A DNA stretch of 64,000 nucleotides, taken from Amoebidium appalachense (lineage: Eukaryota; Protista; Ichthyosporea). Both the position numbers and the translations under genes were made by a program. Position 1 is the first letter of the stretch; the number at the start of each line of letters is the position of its first letter. Where the stretch lies: assembly GCA_963693365.1 (NCBI GenBank), contig CAVNZM010000003.1:10322101-10386100 (forward strand), written 5' to 3'. Shown one piece after another: positions 1 to 14,047 of the stretch. The notes beneath the pieces were generated by a model. The model saw nothing but the letters and a program-made list of their open reading frames with translations, was not told the DNA's origin and did no database searches.

Positions 1-152
1 GCGTGTGTGTGTACGTTTTTGTTCAAATTGTTTATGATCTTAATGTAAACCGGCACTAATTCCTCCTCCTCCTCCCCCCCCCCCCCCCCCCCCCCCCTTT
101 TTTTTTTCCCTTCAAAGGAAAACCTTGCAAACACTCAGTCTCCTTCCCAGCA

Positions 153-272
<120 letters not shown>

Positions 273-398
273 GCACAAACACACACACACACACACACAG
301 ACACAAGCACACACTCACACACACTCACACACACACACACTCACACAGACACACACTCACACACTCACACACTCACACACACACACACACACGTGCAG

Positions 399-924
399 GG
401 TGTTGAAGAGCAAACTTGCTGCGCAGTATCCAGAGGCATATGCGCATGGTGAGTGGAGATACCTTTACTATCCTGATTTCTACTAATTATCACTTCGTTT
501 CTCACTTAACGAATTCTAGCAATATGTTTTTCTCCTTGGTACCTGTAGAATATGCATACACACACACACACACACTCACACACACACACACTCACCCACT
601 CACCCACTCACTCAGCCACTCACTCACTCACTCACTCACTCGCTCGCTCACTCACTCACTCACTCACACACTCAAACCGACACACACACACACAAACATA
701 TACAGTTAAACACACACATTTATGCAAGCACACAATCCAGTCCTCATGAACCTCCTCCCCCCCCCCATCCCCCCCCGGAAAAAAAAAAAAAGAAATAGAA
801 AAAAGAAAAAAAAAAGCCCCCAGCCCGCTTGCCAGCACACACACACACACACTCACTCACTCACACCTACACATATATACGGTGAACGCACACATTCATG
901 CAAGCACACACACACATCCCCATG

Positions 925-956
<32 letters not shown>

Positions 957-1168
957 TTCGCCCCCTCTCCGGCTTGCCCCCTGCCCGTCCGCCAGAAGAG
1001 CCTTCTTTGGAAGCCCTCCACATGGGGTGTGGGGGGAGGGGAAGGGGGGTCTAGTGTATAATGTAAAATTATTGTCTGTTATCGTCTGTGTGTGTGTGTA
1101 TGCATAGCATGCAGGCAAGCCTTTCCCCCTTACAGTTCGCCTCTCCCCCCCCCCCCCCCCCCCCCCCC

Positions 1169-1205
<37 letters not shown>

Positions 1206-1301
1206 AGCACCCCCTGTTGCGCCGTTGGTTTTTAATTTTTCTGGCAAGGCAGATTGTGTTCTAACTAAATTCGGCCCTCGTTCTCATCCCTGCGCCAAAA
1301 T

Positions 1302-1356
<55 letters not shown>

Positions 1357-2130
1357 TATGCACGTGTGCGTACACAGTGGAGCGTAAGACACTCACCCAT
1401 ACCCCCCCCCCCCACACAAACATGCATGCAGGTGTACATGTGTGAACCTCTGCTTCTGTTTAATCACGCACACACAGACACCCTACCCCCCTCCCCCCCC
1501 CCCCCCCCCAACACACACACACACATACCTACACACACACACACCTATACACACACTCTCTACCCCCGATCCCCCTCCCCCCCCCTCACACACACTCTAA
1601 CCTGCCTCCCTCCCACCCCCCTCTCACCCCCCACCTAACCCTCCCCCCTCCCCTCCCCCCAACCCACTCACCCACCCACCTCCCTACACAACACAGTTGC
1701 GTCGCAAATCGAAGCAGAGGAAGACGGAGAAGAGGAAGAGCAGAGGGAAGGAATTCTCGTCACAAACAGAAACGAAGACCAAATAAACCCAAAATCCACC
1801 GACACCACCACCGCCTACCACCAACCGAACCAGGAAATTTTGCCTTCATCAGAAATTTCTCAAGGGAGGGGAAATGAGATACCAGCCACTTCTGAAGAGA
1901 GCGGGAGTGAGGCACCGACGGCGCCAACCACCGGAGGAAATGTTGATGAGCTGATTTCTAGCCAATCAATGCATGGATATTTGGAGGAGGGTAAGAGTGA
2001 TGCAAATGGAAAGGGGACATTTGAGGTACGGGGGGAGATTTATGAGGCACCGAGCAGGGTGGAAGGTTGGGGGGAGGGGAATGCAGAGGGCGAGAGTGGA
2101 GGGGAAAAAGAAGAAAATTCAAATGCGTGA
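399..2130 (+). CDS. Last two exons (399-448, 1697-2130) of an unknown protein with an acidic, low-complexity C-terminus; the gene begins before the window
   Basis: Splice sites cag|G...G|gtgagt and cag|TT have matching phases. They give VLKSKLAAQYPEAYAH-V-ASQIEAEEDGEEEEEQREG...EENSNA*, with TGA at 2128-2130. Confidence 0.7.
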
Positions 2131-2138
2131 TTTTTGTT

Positions 2139-2192
<54 letters not shown>

Positions 2193-2233
2193 CTGCAGGA
2201 GGTATTATGAGTGTATTCCCCTGTTTTGTTTGT

Positions 2234-2274
<41 letters not shown>

Positions 2275-2554
2275 TTACAGTTGTGGAAATCGATCCTGAT
2301 ACTTCTGAGCACGGCTACATGGGCAGGCAAACTCTTTGCAAACCGAAATGCAACCAGTACATATGATCATGTAATGTAATGTGTTGCTGCAATTGACACT
2401 TATTAAGAACCCACACCATCACACAACAATACACACAGTAATAGTAAAACACGCCGACTCGAGACTTGTGATCCTGCTACATGTGGATGATACAGAGGCA
2501 GGCAAAAATAGATAATCTGTCGTGTAAATGGGAATCACCTGCAAATGGCGGGCA

Positions 2555-2589
<35 letters not shown>

Positions 2590-2641
2590 CCACCGCCGCC
2601 GCCCGCGTCTCGACACTCACACACACGCACCCGCGCGCCCC

Positions 2642-2687
<46 letters not shown>

Positions 2688-2860
2688 ACACGCAGACACA
2701 CGCAGACACACAGTGACACCTGAGACGTGCACACCACATACCAATACCTCGGATCCTCTGCTCAGCTCGGTCACATCAAAGCTAAACACCCCCCCGCCCC
2801 CCTCCCCCTCCACCCCACCAACGGTGACCCACACACACACACACACACACACATGCACAA

Positions 2861-2893
<33 letters not shown>

Positions 2894-4654
2894 CTGTGCG
2901 TGTCTTTTGGTGGCAGTGGTGGTGGTGGCGGTGTGTGGATGGGTGGGTGAGGATTGGGGGGGAGGGGGGAGGAGGATATATGACGTGGACTAGGAAAGCC
3001 TTTGATTATGACACTGCAAAAACCGTCTGTTCACTATAAGGGGATCATTGCACTTCATTGGCCGCTCCCTCCCCTTGAAATAATGATGATGAACTCCCGG
3101 GTCAATTAATCATCGGACAAATTATCCTCAAGTTTATCATTACAGTTGTAAATGGAACCCCATGATGACTAATATTCCAATACAATAATAAGTACCACGT
3201 GACCCCCCTCCCTCTCCCTCCCTTACCCCCCCCCCCCCCCATGCATGATGACCACTATGCCAATACTCTGAATTAGAACCACATACCCACCCCCCCCCCC
3301 CCCCCCCTCCCCCCGCAGGCGGCCCATATCCCCTCGTTGCAACACAATCACCACCACCGTGGTCGTCGCCACTCCCTTGAAATTTCTTCTTTAACATATC
3401 TTTCCTACCTAAATTTCCAACAACCGTCACTACCGCTGGTACCCACGCCGTGATAAAACAGTTTTGATTCAAGCTGGTGAACGATATTTTGGGTTTGGGG
3501 AAGAGGGGAATTCGAAGTGGGTAGGGGGCGTAAAAAGGGAGGCCGGGGGGGGGGGGGGGGGGGGGGGGGGAGAGGGGGGAGGGAGGGAGGGAGGGAGGGA
3601 GCTCGGAGGATTGGGGAGAGGGAGAGAGATCTGGGGAGAGAGAAAGAGGGGGGAAAGAGAGAGAAAGAGAAAGACAAGAGAGAAAGTTACAAGCACTACT
3701 AACGTAACTCCCACATCCGCCTCAGACCGCAAGTTTATAAAAATTAATACCGCACAACTCAATATTTAGTTCGGATAATCTCCGGCCGGTTTACATAACC
3801 TATGTAAGTGCTTTTAAACGGTATCATCCGAAATTTCAAAATGAATAACAACCCTCCCCCCCTCCCCCCCAGTGCCCCCATTCCTCCTTTTTCCCTTCTC
3901 TCCCCCCCCCCCCCCCTCCCTCCTCCTCTCCCGGGAGTTCCCCCCCCCCCCCCCCCCCCCCCCCCCGCGCCATTCCCCCTTGCTCCCAACACTCCCCCAG
4001 GGGCTGCCCGCCAAGTCATTTGCTTTTACCCAAACATTCATTGAATAAGGCCGAGTGACTTGGCAATATCGCAGCAGTTCACTCAAGTTGCCGGCCACTC
4101 CGGCTGCCGGAAATTGAAGTTGACTCTTGGGGTCCTTAAAAATATTAATGTGACTCAATGAAGTTATGAGATTAATGTAAATGAATAGCATCGTTCATAT
4201 ACTATATATAAGTTAAGAGTGTGAAAACATATACTTGAACTGTGACAGCTAATTCTAATCCTAAATTAGCAAAGATAACTACTGATGCAGGTAATACACT
4301 AGCTAAAGATAATAACTTATTAACTACAATTTAATCCAATTTATGATCTGCTAAAATCCGGAATTTACCATTTTCTGGATTTAGGAATTTAATTTTCATC
4401 CTTATAGATCGTCACAAGCTTACTAATAGAGAAAGAGTCGAGGAGAGAAGAGAGAAATAACTCGGCTACGGCCCCAGTTACTGTTAATAACTCAAATCGT
4501 CACTGTACGGTAGTGGTGATATTGGTAAAGGAATACCTGTTATATGGCCCTTCACACCACCCAGTACATATACTATCTCGGCCCACCTTACCCATCCCCC
4601 CCTCCCCCCCCCCCCCCCCCCCCCCCCCCCACGCAAAAAAAAACAGAAGAAGAA

Positions 4655-4695
<41 letters not shown>

Positions 4696-4757
4696 AAAAA
4701 GAAAAAAGAAAGATCCGCAGCCAGCTGCTCCATCATTCAGTGAGTGCCTAACCGAGT

Positions 4758-4805
<48 letters not shown>

Positions 4806-5155
4806 CACACACCACCACCACCACCACCACCACCACCACCACCACCACCACCACCAATTGCCAAACCCACCCCCCCCCAACTCCCCCCCTCCCCCCCTTA
4901 CGGGGAAAAAAAACCACCCCGAGGATCCATCTCTTTACGTCGTTACTGTGAATTAGCACATTACTATATTCTCGAAGGACAACTGCAGAAAAACCCGAAA
5001 ACATACATGTCTGACACCCATTCCTTAGAAAGAAAGCAGGCCTGCACGAAAATGTGAACTTGATAGATTCTTGGGCGGTCTCAAGCACAATGATTCGATC
5101 ATTTCTACTTGAAGTCGATCTGATTGTGGTGAACAGAAAGCTGTTCGAAACCAAC

Positions 5156-5236
<81 letters not shown>

Positions 5237-5970
5237 GCGCACACACACACACACACGCACACACACAGGCACACAACCCTGGGGAGGGGGGGGGGGGGGG
5301 ATCCGGGTATCACCAAGATGAACGTTCCACTGAAACATGGCCGTCCGTGGAAAGCTAAAAACGGGATATTGCTTGACAGGCAGTGTTAAACCGTTCAGCG
5401 TATTTTAACGTGCTCGTTTGTTTAAATTTGGTGGCAAGGTGGCGTGGGGTGGGATGTGTTTTTCTTCAATATTTATTCTTCTTTTTGCGGGGGGGAAGGG
5501 GGCCCAGGGGGGGAGGGAGGGGGGGGGGGGGGGGGAGTGATCACCTACACTGCGGCTGGTATTTTTGCATATGGTAACTCAACACCCCTAGGCCTAACTT
5601 GGCAAAAAAATTTTGAGAATATAGAAAGTTTTATTTCAAATCCTGAGTCAACAGTGACCACAATGGCAAACTCACAGAGCCGCCTTCATTGTACCAATAA
5701 AGGTAACTTAGGCTGGGCCCGAATACAATATCTGATTCAGCACCACATATATACTATGGCAATTAAGTTAGGTTAATGAGTGATCATACTAGGAACAAAC
5801 ACCAAAAACCAAAAGTCAGCCCCTTATTTGGAAAGAATTTATCTCTGACATGTACATGTACACATTTGATCTGATAGATCTAACTACTGTATGAGTATTG
5901 TGGCAGCCGTCGGCCACATACTATTTGAATATGTGATGCGAAGGCTTTCACTGCCACACAATCTGAAGAA

Positions 5971-7472
5971 TTAGTACAAAGCTGCCTGCACATCTGCACT
6001 ATCAGTCGCCTGTGCATCTACAGTGTCGCTCACCTGCGATGCATCCACAACGATAACATCGCTGTTTGCCTGCGTATCTACGCTAGTACCATCAATAGGC
6101 TGGGCATCCACACTAGTGTTATCAATAGGCTGCACGTCACTACCAGCCGCCTGCGCATCCACAATATTTGTCGCTTGCACGTCCACAATATTATTTGCCT
6201 GTGCATCCACAATATTATTCGCCTGCGCATCCTGAGTACCATTCATCAGTGTGTTCAAGTTTGTGCCACATGCCGGGTCGTCCACGCAACTCAGCCCGCT
6301 GGCATCACACGTACACAGCTTGCAGTTGAGGCTGGTGGTCGCACCGACTTCCACAGGCGTGCCGTCGAGGCCAACACACGTATTGGGGGCAGGCGTGGGG
6401 GCCGGAGCGGGTGTGGGGGCGGGGCATGTGATGGGCATACCGTTAGCATCAATGCACCCAATAGGCCCAGGTTGAGGGGCAGGAATCGGTGCTAGAGCCG
6501 GAGCTGGGGCCGACATGGGGGCAGGCCCTGAAAACGGTTGCAGTTTGAGTCGTAGGAGAGGGCACCGTCGTTGCAGCGGCAGAGGCACTGGCAGTTGTTG
6601 ACACGGCCAATACCCCCGTGGGTTAGGTCCCGGCCATCAGGAGTGCGGCAGGCACGGCCCTGGGCAGAAGCATTGCCGTTGCTAACGGTTGCTGCCGGCG
6701 TTGTTTGGGCGGGAGTCAGAGCCGGATTCCCCATTATTACCACGTGCACGGCCACCATTCAGGCCCAAGACATTGTTACCCTGGCCGTTATCGTTGCCGC
6801 CATTAGGCCGTGTGTATGCGATGTTGCCCTGCTGCTGCCCGTTGCACTTGCCGTCATTTCCCGTATTTCCCCACCTAAACGATCCGGGATTCGCGTTGTT
6901 GTCCGTGTTGTTTCTCAAATCGTTGTTTTTGTTCGAGCCATCGCCCGTTAACTTTCTATGGTTGCTCCCGTCCCGTGTCCCATTGTTTCTATCGAGCTCG
7001 TTACCGTCGTTCCTGTTAGAGGAATCGCCGCCATTTTTCCTGCCAAAGCCGTTACTTGCGTTGTTCCCTTGGGAGTCATCTTTCAGGCTACCGCCGTTTG
7101 TGTTGCCGCCGTTAAAGAAATTCCACCTTCCACCGTTAACGTTGTTGGACCCTTGCGCCGCGCCGTTAGCATTCATTTGCCGTTTCAATTTCCGTTGCAC
7201 TCGCTGGCCCACATGAGCTCATGTGCGAGGTACCGCTGCATGTGCAGTCGCAGACTCTGTCAGTCGCAGCTGCAGCCGTTGTAGTTCGTTTTATACCCGT
7301 ACTCGAGCCTGCCTCCGAGTCCGTTGGGCAGAGTGCATCCGGTGGCCGCAGGCGCTGGGGCAAACGAACCGGAGCCCAGACTCATGCTGCGGTTGCCTAC
7401 AGTAGGGAGAGCGGATACCTCGTGGAGAGAGAGGGCCGCGGCCACCGTCATAATGTACGCGTTTAGCTGCAT
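5971..7472 (-). pseudogene. Frameshifted paralog of the secreted VWC-like Cys-module, Gly/Asn/Pro-rich protein at 22594
   Basis: It has a near-identical signal peptide (MQLNAYIMTVAAALSLHEVSALP) and the same Cys modules (CRTPDG..CNDG; CVGLDG..NCKLCTCDASGLSCVDDPAC). These are split over four ORFs (7260-7472, 6682-7212, 6492-6758, 5971-6588) with a premature TGA. The C-terminus carries DAQANNIV repeats. Confidence 0.8.
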
Positions 7473-7614
7473 TTTAGCTGTATGCTTGTTGGTGGTGGTG
7501 TCAATGAGGAAACTACGGCGTATATAGACGTAAGAACTGTTGTGATGAAGGGGGTTTTGAACGACTATGTGATAGATATATCATACAGAAAGCTTTGCCA
7601 GGAATGAGCGGACT

Positions 7615-7720
7615 GACTGAATTCGGGGACGGCGCCGGTTCATTTATACACTTGTTGATGTCTCTATTGTTACGATTCGATTGGTCGACATATTCTTATT
7701 TGTGATTGGCGGAACTCCGG
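7615..7720 (-). promoter_or_regulatory. CCAAT + TATA core promoter, conserved with the paralog promoter at 22395-22490
   Basis: Minus strand TTCCGCCAATCACAA ... CAAGTGTATAAATG matches plus strand TTCCGCCAATCACAA ... CAAGTATATAAACG upstream of 22594. Confidence 0.65.
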
Positions 7721-8757
7721 GTCATGAACAGGGGGGGGATTACGAAAAAAAATCGACGTAATTACGATTAACGAAAGACCCCGGTACGAACAAGGTTAGG
7801 GTGCTGTCGTAACAGCTTCCGTATCAGATGTATAGCATTATAAACGCTTTAAGGCTCCCTAATATCTAACTGTACGTACTTTTTTCAATACTTCTGTTTA
7901 AGAACATATCTACAGCGCTTCTCATGAGCAATATCGAACCCGACAAGTGTCCAGGGCTTGTAAGTTTGCGATACTTAATTTGTAAAAACGCGTATTTGAG
8001 TTTTGTGACTCGAGGGGCGTTTTTGCTGGGCTTGCAGATCCCCAAGAACCCCCCCGTTACGATTAAGAAACTGTCCGTTACGATTGGCCAAAGGACAATA
8101 CGGTTAAGCTGGCCAACCCCAGCCCAACCCTGGTCATGAAATTCCCTCTTGACTGGGATTTATTGATCAGTGGTCCACTGTATATGAAGGCAACGTGCAG
8201 CCACAGGCTACATGACCACGAAAATAACCGACTTCGAGAGCCACAGCGATGAAATAGAGCCACAGCGATGAAATAGAAAATAAAACAACAAGTGACCAAA
8301 GGACACCAGCGGGCAAAGGTACAAGTGCACGTGTATGCGTGAAACTAGTTTGCTCCAACTAGTCGTATGCAGCGATGATGACCAGGCCCCACTCCGCAAG
8401 AAGACATCATTACTGCTGCCCCCCAACAGGCCCCCCTCAAAACCTACCGGGGCACAGCAAGCACGTCAGCCCTTTAAAGAGCAATTGCAGACCAAATCCA
8501 AGCGAGAAAACAATCCCCACGGGCCCGTCCCCTAGAAAACCCGCAGAAGCTGTCTCTAACTCTTTGATAAGGTGGCCTAGTTGTGGCAGGACACACAAGA
8601 AAACACAACTACAGAATGCACGCAAGCAAACCCAGTCATTGCCATACTGCTGAACTGAAGGCTGAAAACACGGCAGCCACAAGGAAAGCTCCTCGACAAC
8701 CCAGTAGCTACCCCTCCACTCAAGCAGCGCAGAAGCAGTTGAAGAAGTTGCAGCAGC

Positions 8758-10630
8758 TGTAAAATTCTATAAGTATTTGGGACGGAGGCAGAGACACAGT
8801 GGTGCAGTGTGAAAACACCACAGACACACAACAACAAAACACGGAACGATCGGAGCAGTGTACACAACAGACATCAATGTTTAGACACGGCTGAACTCAA
8901 TTTATTTCGATCTCGCATAAATACTTAAAATTCCCTTAAGTCAAATCCATACATGATTTCCGACCAGTCGGAAATCAGATCTATGTCTAAAATAACCAAT
9001 CACAATTAACTGATTATTTCCCGGATAGATCCGGAGACACAGGAACGCACACTATAGGTCACAGCTATAAGAAAGTAATGAGGTGAAAAGTAACGAGGAA
9101 AGAGGTGTTGTTTCTAACATATCACCGGCTACAAAGACTCAGACATTTTCTGACTAAGTCTACTGATTGGATGTACAGTACGGCAAGACACAAAACAAAA
9201 GTGGTTGACTAAGCTATGAATCATACATGACAAGCTAAAGTGTAACCTAAGTGTTTTTCTACCAATCAAAACATAACGAGTAATATAAATCTACTCAACG
9301 TATATTAGTGAGAAAGAAATATAATTATGTGAAAGAAAACAAGGGAGAAAAGAAAGAGAAAAGAAAGAAGAAGAAGGAGGAAAAAGAAAAGAAAGCAGGA
9401 CAGAAAACACGAACACGAAAACACAGTTGTAACCGAAGTGTTGTAATACGTAGTATTTACATATGGTAAGATCTTCTCAGTTTGTGTTATGTTTCAGTTC
9501 ATATGCTTAGTGTAAATGCCACGCTCCTATTATGTAAAGTGTAGCATCGATCTCCGATATGCTTGTATACTTGCAATCGTGTTGTATCGGCTTTAATCGT
9601 GTGTTGTAATATCGATTAGAATATTTATATGTGTGCACACGGATCCACCCACTCAGGGATAGACGTGTACATGTTTGTGTGTACATAAATATCTCTGGTT
9701 ATAGTTATGTATTACTATCTTGTTTGTTGATCTGTGCTCTCCTTTTCTTTCTCTTTCTCCTTCCTTATTTTTCTTTTCTTTCTCTCCTTGTCTTCATGTG
9801 TATAATCGTATTTCTTTTCTACTAATATATGTTAGGTAGATTTGTGTTACCGTAATACGTGTTCATTGGACGGTAACACACTTAGGCTACACTTAGAATA
9901 ACATGTGTGTTTAGACTTCATTAATTTACTTTAGTTTTCATGTGTTGCCGGGCTTTAACCAATCATCAAGGTTAAGTGTGATATGTCTGAGTCTTTGCAG
10001 TGTGTCATAGGTTAGAACTTCCTTGATGATGACACGAGTTGATCTTAACTAGTGTCTGTGTCCTATCGTGTACGTCTCCGCGTACCAGATCTCTCTGAAA
10101 GCAATTGGTTCTTAGTGATTGGTTTCATTAGAGATAGATCTGATTTCCGACTGGTCGGAAATCATGTATGCATTAGACTTAGAGGAATTTCAGGTATTTA
10201 TTCGAAGATCAGAATAAATTGATTTCAGTCGTGTCTAAACATTGATGTCTGTAGTGTACACTGCTCCGATCGATTCCGTGTTTTGTTGTTATGTGTGTCT
10301 GTGGTGTTTTCACACTGCACCACTGTGTCTCTGCTTTCATCCCAAATACTTATATAATTTAACACGAAGATATTCATGTACACATAAACTTGTACACGTT
10401 TCTCCCTCACTGGGTAGACTCGTGTACCTATAATCAGTTGCTGTAATCGATATCTAAACACAGTCACGAATATAGCCGACACAGCATGTCGATTACAAGT
10501 ACTCAAATACACTGGAGATCGGTGTCATAATTTACGTACAAGGAGCACTTCTTTTACACTAAGTAAATGAACAAAAACATAACACGAACTGAGAAGATCT
10601 TACAATATGTAGATACTACGTATTACCGCA
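8758..10630 (-). mobile_element. Solo LTR (family A, older copy) interrupted by a second family-A solo LTR
   Basis: On the minus strand it starts TGCGGTAATACG and ends TTTTACA. The 5-bp TSD GCAGC lies at 8753-8757 and 10631-10635. Its two halves align in reverse complement with 9439-10364. Confidence 0.8.
9439..10364 (+). mobile_element. Solo LTR (family A, Copia-type ends)
   Basis: It starts TGTTGTAATACG and ends TTTAACA, with the 5-bp TSD CGAAG at 9434-9438 and 10365-10369. It contains the internal palindrome TGATTTCCGACTGGTCGGAAATCA. Confidence 0.85.
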
Positions 10631-11565
10631 GCAGCCCACCGCCAATAGCTCGCGTAGAAGCGTAGATAGCGTGTAGAAGTCACCGTAAGTTGCAGTGGGC
10701 CACCAGATGTCGAAGAAACCACTCCTCAAGCGAGAAACTCCGCGGAAGGGAGATGTCCCCACACTCTCACAGCAGTAGGAATAGACAAGGCCGCACTACA
10801 CACACACAGTGTCACGTTCCCCTGAGTGGGACCCTTCCCACCACAAAAAGAAAAAACGAAAGCCTTTATATACCTGCCATGGTGAAGAATCGGGAAAAAA
10901 ATTGAAGTGACAGCTAAGAGATCGAAGTAAAAGTGAAGTCCATTATATTCAAAATCACTGTGGAATTTGCCTTGAGGTTGTGTCATTCTGTGGTGCCTTC
11001 AGAAATTTATGTAAATAATACATTTTGAATATATTTTGTTTTTTTTAGGGGCTCAAATAAGTCGAATGAGTTGAAGGCCTCAGACGTAGATAAGCCGCTT
11101 TCTTCAGCCTCAATAAGTGAATACAATGATGTAATGTAATTCCAGCTAGTTCGGCCCGGCCGCCCGGGATGGGGATCGTACAGTCTGAGATTGTTTTTTT
11201 TATTTTATCCTGTTTTGTTCCCGGAGGTACCCCTTGGAGCCCTCAGGGGGAACTACCGTCTTCCACCCAGCACCGACAGTACTCTAGCTAGGGTGCTACG
11301 ATGCTATTAGCTAAAACTAACACACCTTTAACAGTCGATCCTAACTATATGGACACACTTTACCCAGGGTATCAACCCCAGCCACGCCGGTGGGTAGTCT
11401 GACAGTGGAATACCCACAACCATTTTCCCTCTACCGCAGTAGGTACTGTTCAAATTAGAATTAGAGCTGCTCGACGCTTGTTTGTGTGCTGTATTCAAAG
11501 CTGTAGTCGGAAACTAGGCTACATTTACAAATTCCAATTTGATTGCCGCGGCTGACGACACATTC

Positions 11566-11712
11566 CAAATGAGTATTTTTGATGAATCATTGCAAAGCGG
11601 GCCAATCCGGGCCGCCGGCCACGTATCGATTGGGGCCATTGCAAATGAGTATTTTTGACGAATCATTGCAAAGCGGGCCAATCCGGCCGCCGGCCACGTA
11701 TCGATTGGGGCC
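11566..11712. repeat. Two-copy ~76-bp tandem duplication
   Basis: CAAATGAGTATTTTTGAYGAATCATTGCAAAGCGGGCCAATCCGG...ACGTATCGATTGGGGCC occurs at 11566 and 11642. Confidence 0.85.
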
Positions 11713-11816
11713 CCAGCGGGGGAGCCCGAGCCAGTGCCAAGTGGCTACCCCACTGCCACAGTGCCACGGACCACGGTCCGTGAGCTGTGCCAGCTGGAGA
11801 GATGAGTAGGGGAGAG

Positions 11817-11963
<147 letters not shown>

Positions 11964-12022
11964 TCATCTTCACTTAATTCTCAGCAAGACTTAGAAGTTG
12001 AGTTTGGTATTTATTTATTAGT

Positions 12023-12665
12023 TGTTGTAGTTTGTTTCCTTTTCCTTTCTTCATTTCTTTCTTTCTTTTCCGTTTCCGTGTACACGACATCTTAGATCTG
12101 TGTACGTATCGACATACTTAGCTCGCGCACACGTATTGTCGTTTGCGTCAAAATCTATATATGTCATCCAATCATATCTCGTTTGTATTTTCCCAAATAT
12201 AGTAACTTACATTCCTTTCTCATTCCTTTCCCACGACGTAGCATTGTGCTATGTTCTTCAACTATTAGGAATAATTATATTTAGACGTGTTATGATAAGA
12301 ACATGTATAAATATATGTTATGAATTAATAGTTACATAAGTGGTTTCATTTTATTAAATGTTTCCGTGCTTTTATTAGAAGTTTCTTTCATTAGAGGATT
12401 GAGTTTTATATTCTAAATGTCGACAGACATTTTATTCGATATATTTTACACTCATAGTTTTCATTCTTTTGATTGGTTTATCGTTTCACATTCCCAAGTA
12501 TAAAAGGGACCTCATCTTGAAATAAATCACAAGCAGTCGTATTCACTTCCTATGGTTCCAGAAATCGTTCCTCCTCTCCGGTTGTGTTTTTCCCGTGTGT
12601 CTTTGTGTTGTGTTTTACATAACACCCATCTGTGCTCTCTGCTTCTCCGTTTACCCACACAAAAT

Positions 12666-12669
<4 letters not shown>
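12023..12669 (+). mobile_element. LTR-like repeat (family B); 5' boundary uncertain
   Basis: Positions ~12180-12669 match the reverse complement of 17860-18307 plus 21452-21590. The repeat contains GATTGG and TATAAAAG and ends AAATAACA; a possible TGTTG start is at 12023. No TSD was seen. Confidence 0.6.
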
Positions 12670-12708
<39 letters not shown>

Positions 12709-13401
12709 AGAGAGAGGAGGGGAGGGAGTTAGGATGGGGGGGAGAGAGCTGAAGAAGAGGGCCAGGGATCCGAAGAGAGGGAGGGAGGCCTAGGGAGGGT
12801 TGTCACAGAGCGGCCCGGGGAGAGCTCTGAGTACCAAGTACATCTTGACCAACCTGAAATGAAGCCAACTAGCTATAGTCCGCGAGTCTCGGTTCCTCGA
12901 TCGAGTGGCAGCGTATTAGTAGTAGACTAGTAAACTTTGAAAATGAAGCCTTGTTGCAAGACAACCGTTATCAAATACGCATTAACTCAGTATACATACA
13001 GCTAGGCTTCAAAAGAACTTGAAGGGGGTTTGCACACTTCATGCAAAAGAAAGACCCAACTTCAGTGGTAACTTGCAACTTGTAAGCACTGCCTGAAGGG
13101 ATCCAAAATTAGAACTTGGGCAGTGCACACCATCTCCACCAATCAATCCAAGAACGGTTCGCCGGTTCAAACCGCCAGACCGTGGTTTGCGATGTCAAAC
13201 CGAACCGAACTGCTACGAGCCGGTTCAGACCGGTCGAACCTTGCATATGTGTCACTGAGGGTATCCCGGTGTGATTTGCCATGTTTGTGCGCGCGTATAC
13301 AAGCGTGTGTGAATACCCGTGAGTGTGTGTGAAGTGTGTGTGGGAGGTATTTTTCCTGGGGGAGTTAAACGGTAGTTGGTCCTCCGCCTGAAAACTTGTT
13401 C

Positions 13402-13434
<33 letters not shown>

Positions 13435-13861
13435 TGCCTCCATCCTTCGGCCCGGTTGGCCGGCCACGGCTCAGACTGTAAACCGCTCAGACCGCGATTT
13501 GGGTGGTCAAACCGAACCGAGCCGAACCGTGAGGGTGTGTGTAATGTATTGCCACCAATAGTTAAATTTGTGCCACAGCGAGTTTGGATTGGCCATGATC
13601 GGTCAATCAGTTTGTCCCTACACATAGATCTAGTCTCATCATCTAGAATTCGAGATCGAATTCAACTGCAGGGTCCAGACTCCAGAGTCTGGACATGCTT
13701 GTGTAGCATTACTTCCTATTATTGAACGAAACTTTGATAAAATAATTATTTTATGATTTACTGTTAGCTTTAAAAAATATATATTTGCGAGAACGGCCTG
13801 ATAATAGTTTAATGAAAGTTCGTTTTCCGAGAACCGCGGCCAGGCAAAGCCTCTAGATAGC

Positions 13862-13953
13862 TGTTGGAATACGTCACCATGTATGACAGCAAGAGCATTG
13901 AAGTATGTATGTGTCCTAGCTTGTTTGTATTCGTGTCTGCTTTCCTCCTTTGT

Positions 13954-14047
<94 letters not shown>

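Noticed and set aside
9443-10626. Apparent MITE with ~260-bp TIRs
   Set aside because: Better explained as two nested antiparallel solo LTRs, each with its own 5-bp TSD.
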